10,762 bases of DNA from Candidatus Bipolaricaulia bacterium (GTDB lineage Bacteria > Bipolaricaulota > Bipolaricaulia > RBG-16-55-9): the NCBI GenBank assembly GCA_042219045.1, contig JBDGQO010000039.1, forward strand, positions 1-10,762, read 5' to 3'. Position numbers and translations under genes: made by a program. Within the stretch, counting starts at the first letter, position 1, and every line of letters starts with the position of its first letter. Positions 7,917 to 10,762 of this stretch are shown here, piece after piece. Below the pieces are notes generated by a model, which was not told the origin of the DNA, did no database searches, and saw only the letters and a program-made list of their open reading frames with translations.

Positions 7917-7945
7917 TATGTAGCACAACGTCTCGGCATTGTCAA
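7917..7945 (-). promoter_or_regulatory. Putative sigma70/sigmaA-type promoter for the leader-zinc ribbon-gltBD unit
   Basis: Perfect -35 TTGACA (7945-7940), 17-nt spacer ending in TG-C (extended -10), and -10 TACATA (7922-7917; 3/6 match to TATAAT, lacking the -7 T). It points towards gltB. Confidence 0.55.
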
Positions 7946-8052
7946 GGGGGGGGCGATCCGCGTTGTCGACGTCGATCGCTTGGAGCTCAGCGCTCGGCGA
8001 TCGTTCCGAGGGCACCATGGGGCCGCGGAAGGGTGGCCGGCAGACGCGGCGC

Positions 8053-9681
8053 TCAATCCATGCGCGCCGGCATGCCGAAGCGGGCGCCCTGGGCAAAGTC
8101 GACCCCGGCCTCGCGGAGCAGCTCCACGGTCTCGTCATGCTCCGCGAACTCGGCGATCGTCTGCATGTCGAGGGCTCGCGCCATCTCGACCATCGACCGC
8201 ACCAGGCGCTGATTGACCGGATCGTTCGGCAGGTCGCGGATGAAGCTGCCGTCGATTTTGAGATAGTCCACCGGCAGGTGCTTCAGGTGATAAAACGACG
8301 AAAATCCCACCCCGAAGTCGTCCAAGGCGAACTTGCATCCCAGCTCCTTGAGCCGTTCGATAAAGGCCTTGGACTGCTCCACGTTGGCGATCGCGTCCGT
8401 CTCGGTCACCTCAAAGGTCAGCCGGGTCGGGTCGATGCCCGTCTCTGCCAGCCGCGCTTCGATCCGTTCCAACAGCGTCTCATCGCTCAATGAATCGGCC
8501 GAAAGGTTGACTTCCAGGCACGATTGGGGAGACTCGGGGTCGCGGCGAGCGAGCTGGGTCATCGCTGCCTCGGTCACCCAAGCGTCGATTTCGCCCATTA
8601 GCCCGAGTCGTCGCGCCGCGGGGAGGAATTGATTCGGCGTGATGGGGCCGTTCTCCCCTAGCAGGCGCAAGAGGGCCTCAGCGCCTCGTTGCTCGTGCCG
8701 TTGGACGTCCCAAACCGGCTGGGCATGAAGCACGAACCGATCGCCCTCCAACGCCGCGCGGATGCGTTCGCCCCAGCCGAGAAGTTGCTCTTGCGTTTGG
8801 TGCCTGGCGGCCTCGGCCGTGTAAACCCGGTAGCCATCGCCGCCCTGTTGCTTGGCCCAGCGCATGGTCAGATCGGCGTTCGTGAGAATCTGCTCGGTCG
8901 TGAGGCCGTGATCGGGAAACAGCGTTATGCCGATGCTGGCGGTGAGCCGAATCGGCCCTTGGTCGTTCGGCATGAACGGCGAGCGAAGCGCCGCGAGCAA
9001 CGCCTCCGCCACGCGCTCGGCCTCGGATTGCTCGGCCTCCGGCAACAGCACCGCCATCTCGTCGCCGCCGATGCGAGCCACGGTCGCTGACTCGCTCAGG
9101 GCGGCCCTCAGGCGGTTTGCGCACTGTATGAGCGCCGTGTCCCCGCCGCTGTAGCCGTCTCGCTCGTTGACCGCCTTCAGATGATCCACGTCGATCCACA
9201 GGACCGCTCCGCGCTCGCGGGTCCGAGCCGACTTGGTCAATACCTCGGACAAATCGCGCTCGAACCGATGCCGGTTGAGCAGCTCGGTGAGGTGGTCGTG
9301 GTCGGCCCAGAAGGCCAGGCGGTCCAGCGCCTCTTTCCGCGGGGTGATGTCTCGGGCGATAAACAACAGGTGTCGCTCGCCTTGCCATTCGACCTTGGAG
9401 ACCGTGGTTTCGAGCCACAGCACCTCGCCCGACGCGGCGATGAACCGGTTTTCAAACTTGTCGGAGGTGGCCCGATCGGCGTTGAGAAACGTCAGGAGGC
9501 GGTCCGCCAGGTCTTGGCGGTCGTCCGGATGGATATGACGCCAACGGTTGTCAGGGTCTTGGTAGTCGGCCCGATCGTAACCGAGCACGTCGTAAAATGC
9601 CGGATTCGCGTGGAGGAGTCGACCGTCCTCCTTCGAGATGAAGATGAGGTCCTCGGTGGTTGACCAAAGCAGTTGGAGCAA
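8053..9681 (-). CDS. PAS-GGDEF-EAL protein, probable c-di-GMP phosphodiesterase (start uncertain)
   Basis: PAS/PAC (ANPAF..LGY, HIHPDD, RDITPRK), GGDEF domain (DHLTELLNR, RIGGDEMAVLL, ASIGI) and EAL domain (AQP, EALLR, VNLS, FEVTE, DDFGVGFSS, LKIDGSFI, IAE, AQG). The TTG start has no SD. Confidence 0.92.
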   Translation of the reverse strand: MLQLLWSTTEDLIFISKEDGRLLHANPAFYDVLGYDRADYQDPDNRWRHIHPDDRQDLADRLLTFLNADRATSDKFENRFIAASGEVLWLETTVSKVEWQGERHLLFIARDITPRKEALDRLAFWADHDHLTELLNRHRFERDLSEVLTKSARTRERGAVLWIDVDHLKAVNERDGYSGGDTALIQCANRLRAALSESATVARIGGDEMAVLLPEAEQSEAERVAEALLAALRSPFMPNDQGPIRLTASIGITLFPDHGLTTEQILTNADLTMRWAKQQGGDGYRVYTAEAARHQTQEQLLGWGERIRAALEGDRFVLHAQPVWDVQRHEQRGAEALLRLLGENGPITPNQFLPAARRLGLMGEIDAWVTEAAMTQLARRDPESPQSCLEVNLSADSLSDETLLERIEARLAETGIDPTRLTFEVTETDAIANVEQSKAFIERLKELGCKFALDDFGVGFSSFYHLKHLPVDYLKIDGSFIRDLPNDPVNQRLVRSMVEMARALDMQTIAEFAEHDETVELLREAGVDFAQGARFGMPARMD

Positions 9682-9739
9682 CGTCTGTTGGGCCGGCTGT
9701 TCGGATATAGGGGATTAATAGCACCTAAACAGTAACAGC

Positions 9740-9946
9740 TCATTGTCGTATTGGCGCACGAGTTGTGTCAACCTCGCCATACCGTCGTTTCGGGCCCTCG
9801 GGCGTGATGCATTGGGAACGCTTCGATCTCTGGGACGATGCTTGCGGGTCCATTGGAGAGGCTTGAGCGGCCACCAGTGTGGCCTGATGCCGCTCCTCAA
9901 CCTCTCGGACCGCGATCTCGGCAATCACTTCCGGATGATGAAACAT
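9740..9946 (-). CDS. Small hypothetical protein (68 aa)
   Basis: SD AGAGGAG lies 4 nt upstream of ATG 9946. The ORF fills the gap between wrbA and the PAS-GGDEF-EAL gene on the same strand, and its N-terminus looks helical (MFHHPEVIAEIAVREVEERHQATLVAAQ). Confidence 0.45.
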   Translation of the reverse strand: MFHHPEVIAEIAVREVEERHQATLVAAQASPMDPQASSQRSKRSQCITPEGPKRRYGEVDTTRAPIRQ

Positions 9947-10021
9947 GATGCTCCTCTCTGAGTAATCTCCGCATCGTGCGACGGCCGACGACCAATCGCT
10001 CGAAAACAGCCAAGGCCGCTC

Positions 10022-10666
10022 TCAGTCAGCGGCGACCGTCTCTCGACCGCCGAGCTTAATTCGTTGGGCGATCTCCGCCACGTGCTGACCTTGGCTCCGC
10101 GCAATCGCCAACTCGTTCGCTGACGGTTGCCGGGAGCCGTCTCCACCGGCGAGCGTCGTCGCGCCGTAGGGCGTGCCGCCCGAGATCTCCGACATCGTCG
10201 TCAATCCGGGCTCCGAATAGGGCACGCCGACGACGACCATGCCGTGGTGCAAGAGCGTGGTATGGAAGCTGGTCAGCGTCGTCTCTTGGCCGCCGTGCTG
10301 GCTGCCTGTGCTCGCAAAGACGCTGCCGACCTTGCCGATCAGCTCGCCGTTGAACCACTGCTTACCCGTTTGATCGAGAAAGTTGCGCATCTGCGCGGCC
10401 ATGTTTCCGAAGCGCGTCGGCGTGCCGAAGATGATCGCATCGGCGTCGGCGAGTTGCTCAGCGTCGGCGATCGGGACGTGTTCAAACAGCGCCTGGGCGT
10501 CTTCAGCGCCGCTCTTCGCGAGGGCGTCCTCCGGCATGAGCTCGGGCACGCGCAGGAGCTGTGCCTCGGCGCCATCCACTTGATCCACACCGTCCGCGAC
10601 GGCTTCGGCGAGATGGAACGTGTGGGCGTACGTGCTGTAGAAGATGACCTGTACGTGGGTCGTCAT
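10022..10666 (-). CDS. wrbA: NAD(P)H:quinone oxidoreductase type IV (WrbA flavoprotein, 214 aa)
   Basis: Motifs [63 protein letters not shown] and GSRQPS. ATG 10666 is preceded by AAAGGAGGA, which favours it over ATG 10690. Confidence 0.96.
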   Translation of the reverse strand: MTTHVQVIFYSTYAHTFHLAEAVADGVDQVDGAEAQLLRVPELMPEDALAKSGAEDAQALFEHVPIADAEQLADADAIIFGTPTRFGNMAAQMRNFLDQTGKQWFNGELIGKVGSVFASTGSQHGGQETTLTSFHTTLLHHGMVVVGVPYSEPGLTTMSEISGGTPYGATTLAGGDGSRQPSANELAIARSQGQHVAEIAQRIKLGGRETVAAD

Positions 10667-10762
10667 CGGATCCTCCTTTCGGGTTGTCATGTCGCGTTAG
10701 GTACGTCTCAAACGACGGTCGAGCGAGAGCCGCCCGCCGCCCTGAATCCCCAGTGCCAAGAC

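Noticed and set aside
7814..8000. + strand fragments loosely resembling the C-terminus of a Crp/Fnr HTH (RLIGT..., TTETAS, GIVKGGAIRVVDVDRLE)
   Set aside because: The match needs two internal stops and a frame change, there is no cNMP-binding domain upstream, and the region is better explained by the minus-strand promoter and leader. A translated HMM search against HTH_Crp_2 would settle it.
7366..8052. Known riboswitch (glutamine glnA, c-di-GMP GEMM) or T-box in the gltB leader
   Set aside because: I could not identify their conserved motifs by eye. An Rfam/Infernal scan was not run, so this is unsupported rather than excluded.
9492..9743. 83-aa Cys-containing ORF coupled by ATGA to the small upstream ORF as an independent gene
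   Set aside because: It overlaps the PAS domain coding region out of frame for 190 nt and has no SD or motif. It is kept only as a possible frameshifted 5' end in the start-codon finding.

Overview
High-GC bacterial window of mostly housekeeping genes. It carries an HSDL2-like short-chain dehydrogenase (+) converging on a glutamate synthase operon gltB-gltD (-), followed by a PAS-GGDEF-EAL c-di-GMP signalling gene (-), a probable small ORF (-) and the flavodoxin-fold quinone oxidoreductase wrbA (-). I saw no mobile element, CRISPR array, rRNA or tRNA. The most interesting part is the ~690 bp apparently empty stretch upstream of gltB (7366-8052). On the minus strand it reads as a TTGACA-N17 promoter, a 47-codon leader ORF with a strong SD and a Leu/Ile/Val-rich 3' end, two hairpins, and a 66-aa CxxC...CxxC zinc-ribbon-like ORF just ahead of gltB. 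The Leu-Leu-Val codons of the leader form a perfect 10-nt complement to the ribosome-binding site of the zinc-ribbon ORF. This suggests a possibly undescribed leader-peptide translational attenuator coupling branched-chain amino acid supply to glutamate synthase expression. That is a hypothesis from sequence inspection only; no folding computation or database search was run.
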